A DNA stretch of 25,110 nt from a virus (IMGVR_UViG_3300029919_000026:1-25110), one strand, 5' to 3'. Shown: positions 9,108 to 17,733, counted from the stretch's first letter. The notes: a model not told the origin generated them from the sequence alone. Numbers and translations are program-made.

Positions 9108-9226
9108 TAGTCAACTGTCCTATCTTACAGTTGTAAGTCATTACGCATGGCTTGCGTATCAAGTAAACTTGATACCAAACACTAGAGTTTCTTGCTGTTC
9201 GCCTAGGTGGTATCTACCATCCCCTA

Positions 9227-9541
9227 ATGGATACTTTTCAGGCACGGCTGCGCCATTTAAAACAGCGCGATCGCATTATAGCGAAAGAAATTGCAAGAGC
9301 CTGTGGGGTATCCGTTCAGGCCGTTTTTGGATGGCTTAGTGGTACATCAATGCCAAAACCGCAAAATGTTGTAGCACTTGCAAAAATGTTCGGCGTGTCA
9401 AGCGATCACCTTATTAATGGTGATGCAGATAGCGTACGCGCCGAATCTCTAGATCTAATCCGCGCCGCCCTCCCTACCCTATCTAACGACAAACTTGAGT
9501 TGCTCGCTAAGGTTGCGGTCGAATTCTCTAAAAGCACTTGA
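9227..9541 (+). CDS. XRE HTH regulator
   Basis: FQARLRHLK..KEIARACGVSVQAVFGWLSGTSMPKPQNVVALAKMFGVSSDHLING. Confidence 0.85.
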   Translation: MDTFQARLRHLKQRDRIIAKEIARACGVSVQAVFGWLSGTSMPKPQNVVALAKMFGVSSDHLINGDADSVRAESLDLIRAALPTLSNDKLELLAKVAVEFSKST

Positions 9542-9641
9542 TACACTAAGTACAACTACTTATTCCGCCGCCTATTCTCAGGGGGTAGCCTTATCTCTCA
9601 CGCCGCACAATCAGACGGCCAATCTGTGAGAGACAATAACA

Positions 9642-9800
9642 ATGAACACGAGCACACAATCAACGCAGCCGCACCCTCCCGCTTTTTTGGCAGAACTACA
9701 CATCACATTAAGCCACGATAGAAAATTCAACATTGTGCAACAGGGCGACGTTGGCGCCATCCTCTCTCTCATTATTGCTCGCCTCGGCTTATCTAAATAG
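9642..9800 (+). CDS. Small hypothetical protein (52 aa)
   Basis: Manual ORF MNTSTQSTQPHPPAFLAELHITLSHDRKFNIVQQGDVGAILSLIIARLGLSK, followed by the hairpin ACGGGCC..GGCCCGT. Confidence 0.35.
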   Translation: MNTSTQSTQPHPPAFLAELHITLSHDRKFNIVQQGDVGAILSLIIARLGLSK

Positions 9801-9871
9801 AAACACTCAATAACGGGCCACTTCCTCGGCCCGTCAGTCCCCTGCCCTAATTTCCACTACTGTGATTTGAA

Positions 9872-9931
9872 CACCCAGGTTTCCATTCAATGCAAACTTA
9901 AGTTGACACCATGCGAACCAAGGTTTACATT
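9872..9931 (+). promoter_or_regulatory. pL-like sigma70 promoter with OL-like operators
   Basis: TTGACA(9903-9908)-17 bp-TACATT(9926-9931); AACTTAAGTT (9895-9904) and AACCAAGGTT (9916-9925) share the AAC-N4-GTT motif seen at OR. Confidence 0.85.
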
Positions 9932-9960
9932 TACCACATCAGCTCAGCAACGCCGAGCAC

Positions 9961-9973
9961 CGATCTTTGAAAA
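9961..9973 (+). promoter_or_regulatory. boxA-like antitermination element
   Basis: CGATCTTTGAAAA resembles boxA (GCTCTTTAACAA) and lies ~30 nt past the pL -10. Confidence 0.45.
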
Positions 9974-10954
9974 CCTACAGGGATAGCAAGCCGATATCGC
10001 CGCAAGGCGTCCTAGGCCCGGCCCCAGAATTAGCCCCGCGCCGGTAAAGCGGGAGCAAGTCGAGTGAAAGCAATCACTCGTGACCAGTAGACGAAGCGAC
10101 GCAGGCTAAGAATGAAACTGGAAAACGCCGACCGACAGCGGCGAGTTGACTGAAGACATAGCCCATTCGCAAGAGTGGGCACATTGGAGCGCTCAGTATC
10201 GGTTTGGTGGGTGGAGCGCACCCGTATGCCAAGCCCGTTCCAATGTGATGCAGCGCGGACGCCACTACGAGGGCCGCGAGTTTAACCGGGAGACGATCAT
10301 GTAACCGCGCCTTGCTGTGACATTTTCAACTGCGGCTTCGCTGGGGAGCGAGTCCGTTTTCCAAAGGCGCTTCGACGAGGTGGTTTTGGTGATTTTACCG
10401 GGGAGCGGCGCCCTGAGCACAACAGCTGATTTGTGGCGCGACCGGTCGCCGTAAGCGGCCACCCGGTAAGCACATTCCGACGAGTGCGTTTACCGGGTCT
10501 GGATGACTTCCGCATTCAAGACGGACCCATTAAATGTCCACGAATGCGCTGATTCGCTTCGGCAGTTCCGGAGTGCGGGCTTTGCGACTGAGCCAAATCA
10601 TAGAGTGTGAGGTGGCGACCGCACAGCGCCTGACGGCCGGGAAAGACCGGCGCCAACACGCATGGCGACTGAGCATCGGAAGTCTGTGCCAGGCAACCAC
10701 TGATGCGGCACCATCCGCCAGCCGTGTTGGTAAACGCACCAACTAAGACTGACAACACGGCATGAGTCGCGACGACATGCGGGCCACAACACAAAGGCCA
10801 AGCGTCCATGAACGGCAACAGGGCATGCGCAGGGCGCCAATGACAAGCTACTGGTCTGACTTTGCTGGGGGGAAAGAAACCAGCACCAACAAACGTGTTC
10901 TCCTTGTGTTTTCTTTGCCCGCCTCGTGCGGGCTTATTTTTTAGGAGCGTGACA

Positions 10955-11428
10955 ATGCAAATAGCAACCCTGGAATGTGGCGACGTGAAGTTGTCCGCCC
11001 CGCTACACCGGATTGAAAAACTAATCGCCAGCTTGTTCGCCGAGCCGGCGGTCACCGAGGTTCGGACGGTAATCGGCGTGCTGCTGCACGAGGGCGAGGA
11101 TTATGCGGGCCTGGTGTTTGATGCCGAGACTGGCGAGCCGTCGCACCACTTGATTCTCCTACCCGGCGAGTTTAAAGGCGGATGGCAGCAGGCACTGGAC
11201 TGGGCAGCATCGATCGGTGGGGAGCTGCCGACGCGTCAGGAGCAGTCATTCCTGTTCGCCCAGCTCAAGCGCCTGTTCTCCGGCGACTGGCACTGGTCTT
11301 GCGCGCAGTGCTCGAGCGGCGTCGCCTGGGCGCAGTACTTCCGCGGCGGCACCCAGCACGGCGTCTTCAAGGTCACCAGCAGTCGTGCTCGAGCCGTCCG
11401 CAGAGTCGCCTATTCATCTATTCAGTAA
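10955..11428 (+). CDS. DUF1566/CLec-fold DGR-target-like protein (distal target 3)
   Basis: AGGAG RBS; WQQALDWA..ELPTRQE..WHWS..AWAQYF..G..RARAVRR C-terminus colinear with the TR-encoded peptide. Confidence 0.8.
   Translation: MQIATLECGDVKLSAPLHRIEKLIASLFAEPAVTEVRTVIGVLLHEGEDYAGLVFDAETGEPSHHLILLPGEFKGGWQQALDWAASIGGELPTRQEQSFLFAQLKRLFSGDWHWSCAQCSSGVAWAQYFRGGTQHGVFKVTSSRARAVRRVAYSSIQ
11303..11404 (+). repeat. Orphan variable-repeat-like segment (VR3)
   Basis: 34 codons align without gaps to the TR (about 57/102 identical; 25 mismatches at TR A, 20 at non-A by hand count); identical 3' end GCCGTCCGCAGA. Confidence 0.65.
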
Positions 11429-11431
11429 TTT

Positions 11432-11450
11432 AACCCGGCATCGCCGGGTT
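11432..11450 (+). other. Post-VR hairpin (DGR target-recognition-type and/or terminator)
   Basis: AACCCGGC-ATC-GCCGGGTT; same stem as 17696-17715 and likewise preceded by ATTT. Confidence 0.7.
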
Positions 11451-11467
11451 TGCTTTTGGTGTCCACC

Positions 11468-11617
11468 ATGAAAGCCAAATACGACCGCAAGACCAAAACC
11501 GTAGTAATCGTCCGCCAGAACGGCGACTTCGAATATTCGCAGCGGTGCAGCAGCGTGACCGAGGCGAAAAAAATCGCCGCCAAGTATGGGGCTGCATTTG
11601 CGGAGGGATCTGCATGA
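11468..11617 (+). CDS. Small hypothetical protein (49 aa)
   Basis: MKAKYDRKTKTVVIVRQNGDFEYSQRCSSVTEAKKIAAKYGAAFAEGSA; ATGA overlap with the next ORF. Confidence 0.45.
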   Translation: MKAKYDRKTKTVVIVRQNGDFEYSQRCSSVTEAKKIAAKYGAAFAEGSA

Positions 11618-11787
11618 AAAACATCGAATACATCATCGGTCACATGACCGAAGAAATGAAAGCGGATCTGATCCGCCGCGGCTGCGTTCAGATCAAGTTC
11701 CTGTTCTGGTCCCGTCGCGGGACGCCAGTACACATGGGGGTGATGCAATGCTACGTCGCGGGGAAATCCTTGGAATTGGCGGCCTAG
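11614..11787 (+). CDS. Small hypothetical protein
   Basis: MKNIEYIIGH..ELAA with GGAGG RBS. Confidence 0.45.
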   Translation: MKNIEYIIGHMTEEMKADLIRRGCVQIKFLFWSRRGTPVHMGVMQCYVAGKSLELAA

Positions 11788-11940
11788 TGTTCGCGCTGGC
11801 CGTGATTTATACCGTTTCGGCTGTGTGCGGAAGGCTTTTTTAATGGACTCGGCACAGCGGAAGTTTTGGAACTTTGCGGCGGTCGGCGTGGTGGTTTTGG
11901 CCGTGCTGTTTACCGCATGCGTGATGCACTGGAGTTGATT

Positions 11941-12333
11941 ATGGGAAAAATGGCTGAGTACAGCGCCGAGCAGCACTCGTTAAACGATGGCCCGTCAGAT
12001 TGCGACGGGCCTTATTCGTTGCCGGGCGAGACTCCGACTAATGTGTCGAGCATGATGGCGGCGCAATTCAAGCGCCAGGTGAAAGCGATGTTGCCGCGGT
12101 GGTGCCGGGTTTCCGTAGAGGTGGCAGACAGCGGGGTACATACGCTCGTCGTTGATTTTGGCGACAGCAAGTACAACTCCACTATTGCCGACTACGGGGA
12201 CGCCGGGCTTGATCGAGTGAAGAAGGGTTGCGCGGTGGGCGTCGCCATGGGCGAAGACAGTCGGCGCCTAGCGGAAAACAAAGTTGCTCAGCGCGCGGTT
12301 GGATCCGGCGTCTACAGCAGCAGGTTCGATTAA
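11941..12333 (+). CDS. Hypothetical phage protein
   Basis: GGAG RBS, 130 aa ORF, TAATG coupling to the next ORF. Confidence 0.55.
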   Translation: MGKMAEYSAEQHSLNDGPSDCDGPYSLPGETPTNVSSMMAAQFKRQVKAMLPRWCRVSVEVADSGVHTLVVDFGDSKYNSTIADYGDAGLDRVKKGCAVGVAMGEDSRRLAENKVAQRAVGSGVYSSRFD

Positions 12334-12527
12334 TGCGCGCCTTTATTGATGTTTCACCAGTAGCGAGCCGGCGACGCGCTGACGAGGTGGCGCATTTCCG
12401 CGCGATTAAGCTTGGCGGGAACATGAACCGCACTATCACGGACGCGGATCGCAGTCTCACACTGCGCCGCAACGACCGATTTGAACGCGAGATGGCCCGG
12501 GCTCTGTCTGGCGCCGATTTCGCATAA
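12333..12527 (+). CDS. Hypothetical phage protein
   Basis: Coupled ORF upstream of the ERF gene. Confidence 0.4.
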   Translation: MRAFIDVSPVASRRRADEVAHFRAIKLGGNMNRTITDADRSLTLRRNDRFEREMARALSGADFA

Positions 12528-12540
12528 TGAGGGCATGATC

Positions 12541-13164
12541 ATGAAGGTCTACCAGGCCATTGCCGCGGTGGCGGCAGAAATGGCACAACAAGGCATCAGT
12601 AAAGACGGGCGGAATGCGGCGCAGGGATTTAGTTTCCGGGGCATAGACTCAGTGTACAACGCGCTGGCACCGATTCTCGCAAAGCACTTGCTATGCATCC
12701 TCCCTCGTTGCATCGAAAGAACAGTGGTCGAGCGCACGAACGCGAAAGGAACGGCGCTATTCTATGTGACCGTGCACGCCGAATTTGACCTGGTCAGCGC
12801 GGAGGACGGCAGTAAGCACACCGTCGCCATGTACGGCGAGGCGATGGACAGCGGCGACAAGGCCACCAGCAAGGCGATGAGTGCTGCCTACAAATATGCA
12901 GCATTCCAGACCTTCTGCATTCCGACTGAGGAAACGGCAGTGGATGCGGACAGCGAATCACACGAAGTACGAACGCGCAAATCGTCGGCGCAAGTCGCTC
13001 TTGAGGCAGATCTGGACGCGGTGGGTGCAGACAAAGCCAAATTCCTTACGTTGGCCACTAGCGTCGGCTGGAACCTCCCGACCCTCGACGGCATGGCAGA
13101 TGCCCCTGACTGGTATGCATGGGCATCCGAACAAATCAGCATCAAAAGGAAGAAGGTAGCTTAG
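12541..13164 (+). CDS. ERF-family single-strand annealing recombinase
   Basis: GISKDGRN..QGFSFRGIDSVYNAL..GEAMDSGDKATSKAMSAAYKYA..FCIPTE. Confidence 0.85.
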   Translation: MKVYQAIAAVAAEMAQQGISKDGRNAAQGFSFRGIDSVYNALAPILAKHLLCILPRCIERTVVERTNAKGTALFYVTVHAEFDLVSAEDGSKHTVAMYGEAMDSGDKATSKAMSAAYKYAAFQTFCIPTEETAVDADSESHEVRTRKSSAQVALEADLDAVGADKAKFLTLATSVGWNLPTLDGMADAPDWYAWASEQISIKRKKVA

Positions 13165-13662
13165 ATGGCATCCGTCAATAAAGTGATTCTGGTTGGCAAT
13201 CTCGGCAAAGACCCTGAAATGCGCTACATGCCTAGCGGAGAGGCCATTGCCACCCTGTCGATCGCTACCACCGATTCCTGGATGGACAAGGCCTCGGGCC
13301 AACGTCAGGAAAGCACCGAATGGCACCGCGTGGTGCTCTTCGGTAAAACCGCCGAAGTGGCCTCGCAGTACCTGAAAAAGGGTTCGCAAGTCTACATCGA
13401 GGGTTCGATCAAGACGCGCAAATGGCAGGATAAAGAAACCGGCCAAGACCGTTTCAGCACCGAAATCCGCGGCGACCGCATGCAAATGCTCGGCGGCAAG
13501 GGTGGGAGCGATAGCCAGGACGACCGTGCGCCAGCCAGTAGCGCACCGCCGTCTTCGCCCCGGCGCAAGGCGCCCGCGCCGCAGGTGATGAATGACATTG
13601 ACGATGACATTCCGTTCGCACGAATTGGGCTTGAAAACCGCACAATCATTCACTGCATTTAA
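13165..13662 (+). CDS. ssb: Single-stranded DNA-binding protein
   Basis: [46 protein letters not shown]. Confidence 0.95.
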   Translation: MASVNKVILVGNLGKDPEMRYMPSGEAIATLSIATTDSWMDKASGQRQESTEWHRVVLFGKTAEVASQYLKKGSQVYIEGSIKTRKWQDKETGQDRFSTEIRGDRMQMLGGKGGSDSQDDRAPASSAPPSSPRRKAPAPQVMNDIDDDIPFARIGLENRTIIHCI

Positions 13663-13674
13663 CCGGGACTCATC

Positions 13675-14352
13675 ATGGCACAAATCGCACGTATCTTTGA
13701 CGTTGAAACCACCGGCCACATCGACAAGAAAACCGGTGCCCTACCAGATGTGATCGAGTCCGCGTGGTTGGAATTGGACGCGCCGCCGGTCTGTGGCGTT
13801 ATCGATCAGTTCGAGCAGCGCTATAAGCCAACCAAGCCGATCAACCTGGGCGCGCTGGCCACACATCACATCCACCCTGATGACCTAGTTGATTGCCCGG
13901 CGCACACGAATTTCGCGCTGCCGGCGACCGACTATCTGATCGGCCACAACGTCGATGGTTTCGACTGGATCGTCATTGGCAAACCGCCAGTCAAGTTGAT
14001 CGACACACTCGCTCTGGCGCGCATGGTATGGCCGGCACTCGACAGTCACACGCAAAGCGCCCTGCTGTATCACCTCAAGGGAAAGGCGGCGCGCGAACAG
14101 CTGCGCAATGCGCACAGCGCCCTGGCTGATATCTGGATCTGCCGCGAAATCCTGCTGGCGCTGATGAACGACCTCAAGGCGACGAGCTGGCAGGAGCTGC
14201 ACGAACTGTCCGAACGCGCGCTGATTCCGACTGTGATGCCATTCGGTAAGCATCAAGGGGTGCCGCTTGCGCAAGTGCCGTCCGATTACAGGCGCTGGCT
14301 GCTCAACCAACCCGACATTGACCCACGGCTCCGCGCCGCGCTCACCAAATAA
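13675..14352 (+). CDS. Exonuclease X-like DEDDh 3'-5' exonuclease
   Basis: FDVETTG, GHNVDGFD, AHSALAD motifs; C-terminal MPFGKHQG domain. Confidence 0.9.
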   Translation: MAQIARIFDVETTGHIDKKTGALPDVIESAWLELDAPPVCGVIDQFEQRYKPTKPINLGALATHHIHPDDLVDCPAHTNFALPATDYLIGHNVDGFDWIVIGKPPVKLIDTLALARMVWPALDSHTQSALLYHLKGKAAREQLRNAHSALADIWICREILLALMNDLKATSWQELHELSERALIPTVMPFGKHQGVPLAQVPSDYRRWLLNQPDIDPRLRAALTK

Positions 14353-14390
14353 CCAACCCTGCTCCGGCAGGGTTTTTCATGGAGATCACC

Positions 14391-15479
14391 ATGGAACAAC
14401 CCGAACAAACCGACCTCGCCATCGTCGAGCCGTCCGAGATCGCCAAGCGCGAATTGCTCACCATCGACCCGCTGACCTACGTCACCGCCGTCTACGCCCA
14501 GCACCACACCGATCTGGCCGCAGCTATCGCAGCCATCCCGGTTACGATCGACATGCAGACGACGGCGGGTTACAAGCGGGCCACGACCTGTCGAGCGACA
14601 TTCCGTGGCATTCGTACCAGTGGGGATGCCACTCGCAAACTGCGCAAGGCTCCAATCCTTGAAATCGGCAAGATGCTGGAATCGCATTACAAGGCGCTGG
14701 AAGCTGAAGTCACCCCGTACGAAACCCAGTTTGACACCCTAATCAAAGACGAAGATGCGCGCAAAGAGGCCATCAAAGCCGAAAAAGCGCGCGTTGAGGC
14801 TGAGCGAGTCGACGCCATCCGCTTCCGGATCGACGCCTTTGGTCTCGTGGCGCTGGACTGCGCTGGCAAGTCGTCCGAGCACATTCAAGGCGCGATCGAC
14901 ACCGTCACGGCAGTCGAGATCGACGCCAGCTTTCAGGAGTTTTCCACCGCGGCCATTTCTGCCAAGCAATCTGCGCTCGAAAAATTGGATCTGGCGCTGG
15001 ACGGCGCCAAGGAGACCGAAGCCGAGCAGGCACGGGCCAAAGCGGAGCGCGAGGAATTTGAGCGCCAGCGCAAGCAACAACAGGAGGATGCCGCCGCGCT
15101 CGCCGCTGAGCGCAAGAAGCTGGATGCTGAGCGTGCCGAGCAAGAGCGCGCAGCACAGGCCCAGGCTGACGCCCTTACCGCTCAGCGGGCAGAACTAAAG
15201 CACCAGCAGGATGCACTGGCGGCGCAGCAAGAAGCTGCGAGGATTGCGGCCTTGCCGAAGCCCGAACCGACCATCATCGAATTGGCGCCCGCGCCGAGCC
15301 CAAGCCAATCAAGCGCACCACCACGACTCACCTCGGTGGCGCAGGCGCCTCGCCAGCCGTTGCAGGACACCGCCGAGATAATCCTGGCCGAGTTTGTGAA
15401 CGCCTACGAGGATGGCAGCGAAATCCACATGCAAAACGTCTACAAGCGCGCCAAGGCACTCGCTGCCCAGGCCGCGTAA
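14391..15479 (+). CDS. Coiled-coil phage protein
   Basis: 362 aa Ala/Glu/Gln-rich ORF with GGAG RBS. Confidence 0.7.
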   Translation: MEQPEQTDLAIVEPSEIAKRELLTIDPLTYVTAVYAQHHTDLAAAIAAIPVTIDMQTTAGYKRATTCRATFRGIRTSGDATRKLRKAPILEIGKMLESHYKALEAEVTPYETQFDTLIKDEDARKEAIKAEKARVEAERVDAIRFRIDAFGLVALDCAGKSSEHIQGAIDTVTAVEIDASFQEFSTAAISAKQSALEKLDLALDGAKETEAEQARAKAEREEFERQRKQQQEDAAALAAERKKLDAERAEQERAAQAQADALTAQRAELKHQQDALAAQQEAARIAALPKPEPTIIELAPAPSPSQSSAPPRLTSVAQAPRQPLQDTAEIILAEFVNAYEDGSEIHMQNVYKRAKALAAQAA

Positions 15480-15493
15480 CCAAGGATCAGACC

Positions 15494-15703
15494 ATGAAAA
15501 CCAAAACCCAAACCATCGACCCACGCACTCTGCGCCGCCAACTCGGGCTGTCCCAATCCGACTTTTGGGATCAGCTCGGTGTCACGCAATCAGGTGGCTC
15601 GCGCTATGAAAGTGGCCGCGCCATGCCGAAGCCGGTGCGCAAGCTTCTCGGCGCCATCTACCTGGGCGAAACCGTTAATCCTTACCATCGCGAGGCCGCG
15701 TGA
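15494..15703 (+). CDS. Small HTH protein (RsaL-like)
   Basis: LRRQLGLSQSDFWDQLGVTQSGGSRYESGRAMPKPV. Confidence 0.8.
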   Translation: MKTKTQTIDPRTLRRQLGLSQSDFWDQLGVTQSGGSRYESGRAMPKPVRKLLGAIYLGETVNPYHREAA

Positions 15704-16602
15704 TGTGGTTTAAGCAACTATCGTTTTACAAGCTGCCCGACACGATCGGGCGCAACGAACTGGCCGAGCGGCTTGAAAAGCAGCCGTTCACACCATGCAT
15801 GGGCCTCGGCTGGTTCAGTGAAGGCTGGCAGACGCCGGCCAGTCACGTCGACGGCCCGGTGTTCGCCGCGCGCGATTGCCTATTGGTATCGCTCAAGCGC
15901 GAGGACAAAGTGTTGCCGCCCGCAGTGATCAACAAGAAGCGCGATGAGGTGGCCGCTGAGATCGAGCGGCGCGAAGGGTGCAAGCTCGGGCGCAAGGCAA
16001 GACAGGCCCTTAAAGAACAGATCGCCGACGCTTTGCTGCCCAAGGCATTCACCCGGGACAGTCGCAAAGTTGGCTACATCGACAACCGCCGCGGTTGGCT
16101 GATGGTCGACACGGCGACGTCAAGCAAGGCCGAAGCACTGGTCAGCAAGTTGCGCGAGGCGCTTCCGCCCTTCCCGGCGGCCCTGCCGCGCACAAAACTG
16201 GCGCCGCACACCGCGATGACCGACTGGCTGGCCGCGGGCGAAGCGCCGGAAGGCTTCGAACTTGATTCAGATGTTGAGCTGCGCGACCCCGGCGAAAACG
16301 GCATGGTGATCAACGCCAAGCGCGCCGACCTGACCGCCGACGAGATCCGCCAACATATCGCCACCGGCAAGCAGGTGACACGCCTAGGTCTGATCTGGAA
16401 AGAGCGCGTGCGCTTTGTGCTGACTGACACGCTGCAGCTCAAGCGCATCCAGTTTCTCGACGTCTTGCAGGACGAGGCAAGTCAAGCTGGTGACGACAGC
16501 GCCAGCCTGTTCGAGGCCACCTTCACCCTGATGAGCGAGGAGCTTGGAGAGCTGGTTGAAGCCCTGATCGAGGCCCTGGGTGGTCTGGAGGCAACTGGTT
16601 GA
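15700..16602 (+). CDS. rdgC: Recombination-associated protein RdgC
   Basis: MWFKQLSFY..EDKVLPPAVI..LLPKAF..GKQVTRLGLIW..LIEALGG; 300 aa. Confidence 0.92.
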   Translation: MMWFKQLSFYKLPDTIGRNELAERLEKQPFTPCMGLGWFSEGWQTPASHVDGPVFAARDCLLVSLKREDKVLPPAVINKKRDEVAAEIERREGCKLGRKARQALKEQIADALLPKAFTRDSRKVGYIDNRRGWLMVDTATSSKAEALVSKLREALPPFPAALPRTKLAPHTAMTDWLAAGEAPEGFELDSDVELRDPGENGMVINAKRADLTADEIRQHIATGKQVTRLGLIWKERVRFVLTDTLQLKRIQFLDVLQDEASQAGDDSASLFEATFTLMSEELGELVEALIEALGGLEATG

Positions 16603-16653
16603 GCTTGCAGCGCAGAAAGTGGGTATTTAGTGCCATACAGAAGTGGAGACGAC

Positions 16654-16881
16654 ATGAGCAACAACCCGCACGAACCGGATCTGATTGCACGCTTGTTGGC
16701 AGAGAACGCAACCCTGAACGAGCAGTTGCACCAGCGCACAGCGCAGATCGGAAAACTGGCGGCTGAGCTTGATCAAGAAAAAGCCCAGCGGCAAGAGCTT
16801 GATGAGCGCAATACACGCCTCGCCAATGATCGCGATGACTGGAAGGCCAGGGCAATCGCCTGGACCCCGTCCGCAGCCTAA
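16654..16881 (+). CDS. Small coiled-coil hypothetical protein
   Basis: GGAG RBS; heptad-like sequence. Confidence 0.55.
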   Translation: MSNNPHEPDLIARLLAENATLNEQLHQRTAQIGKLAAELDQEKAQRQELDERNTRLANDRDDWKARAIAWTPSAA

Positions 16882-16980
16882 CCAACACCGCCCCGCCCGC
16901 TCCATCAGCGGTTTCATGCCGCGCGCTGCGTCCGTCCGGACAATGTGCGCCGGGGTACAGATTCAAAAGCGCCCGCTGAT

Positions 16981-17032
16981 TGAACTGCACCCCAAAATTT
17001 GGACACCGATCCAACCTTTGGGGTGCAGTTCA
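16981..17032. mobile_element. 52-bp miniature inverted-repeat element resembling IS3-family ends
   Basis: TGAACTGCACCCCAAA..TTTGGGGTGCAGTTCA (16-bp perfect IR, 24 bp with 3 mismatches, TG...CA ends), nested in the GCCCGCT/AGCGGGC-T6 hairpin. Confidence 0.55.
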
Positions 17033-17068
17033 CTTGAGCGGGCTTTTTTACGCCCATAGGTATCAATC

Positions 17069-17680
17069 ATGATCAAGATTCAAGACGTAGCAGTTAGCGA
17101 GCTGCCGAAATCCATCGGTGAAGCATTCCAGGGCGGCTTTCTTGGCCGCCGCTACAAAGTGGATGGCGAAGAGTACGCCGTCATCGTTGCCGGTAAGGAT
17201 GGCCGACTGCGCGGCACGTGGGGCGAGTATGGACAGGACGTCGTCGGGGCACGCAGCTGCATTAACGGCGCTACGAACACCGATGCAATGGCCGAAGCCG
17301 GCAGCGACGCAGCCAAGGAAGCCCGCGCACTGCGCCTCGGCGGGTTCGACGACTGGCACGTCCCGTCACGCGATCAGCTCGAAATGATCTACCGCGACTT
17401 CAAGCCGACCGCCGACGAGAACTATTGCACCTACCGCGACGGCGACAACCCGACGACGGGCGAATACCCCTACACGCCGGACAGCCCCGCGCAGACCACT
17501 ATCGCCGCGTTCCAAGAGGGTGGCGAACATGCCATTGAGCCCGGCTGCTACATGTCCAGTACGCAGTACAGCCCTAACGACGCATACGGTCAGAGCGTCG
17601 GTGATGGCAGCACTTGCGGCATCATCAAGGACGGCGAGGTGCGCGCGCTGGCCGTCCGCACGATTCACATCGTCCATTAA
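17069..17680 (+). CDS. DGR target protein 1 (DUF1566/CLec-like)
   Basis: 3' end carries VR1; GGFDDWHVPSRDQLE, YMSSTQYS..VRALAVR motifs. Confidence 0.9.
   Translation: MIKIQDVAVSELPKSIGEAFQGGFLGRRYKVDGEEYAVIVAGKDGRLRGTWGEYGQDVVGARSCINGATNTDAMAEAGSDAAKEARALRLGGFDDWHVPSRDQLEMIYRDFKPTADENYCTYRDGDNPTTGEYPYTPDSPAQTTIAAFQEGGEHAIEPGCYMSSTQYSPNDAYGQSVGDGSTCGIIKDGEVRALAVRTIHIVH
17561..17660 (+). repeat. DGR variable repeat VR1
   Basis: 100 nt vs TR: 14 mismatches, 13 at TR adenines (10 A>G, 3 A>T) and one T>G. Confidence 0.95.
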
Positions 17681-17695
17681 GCCATTTTTCAATTT

Positions 17696-17715
17696 AACCC
17701 GGCGCCAGCCGGGTT
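17696..17715 (+). other. Post-VR1 hairpin
   Basis: AACCCGGC-GCCA-GCCGGGTT, about 35 nt after the VR. Confidence 0.75.
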
Positions 17716-17733
17716 TCGCTTTTTTAAGGGTAA

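Noticed and set aside
10039-10050. 12-mer CGCCGGTAAAGC shared with the avd-TR spacer near 18831
   Set aside because: A 12-nt match is expected by chance within 25 kb and does not extend.
13656-13670. ATTTAACCGGG after ssb, resembling the post-VR motif
   Set aside because: No complementary arm and no VR-like sequence upstream.
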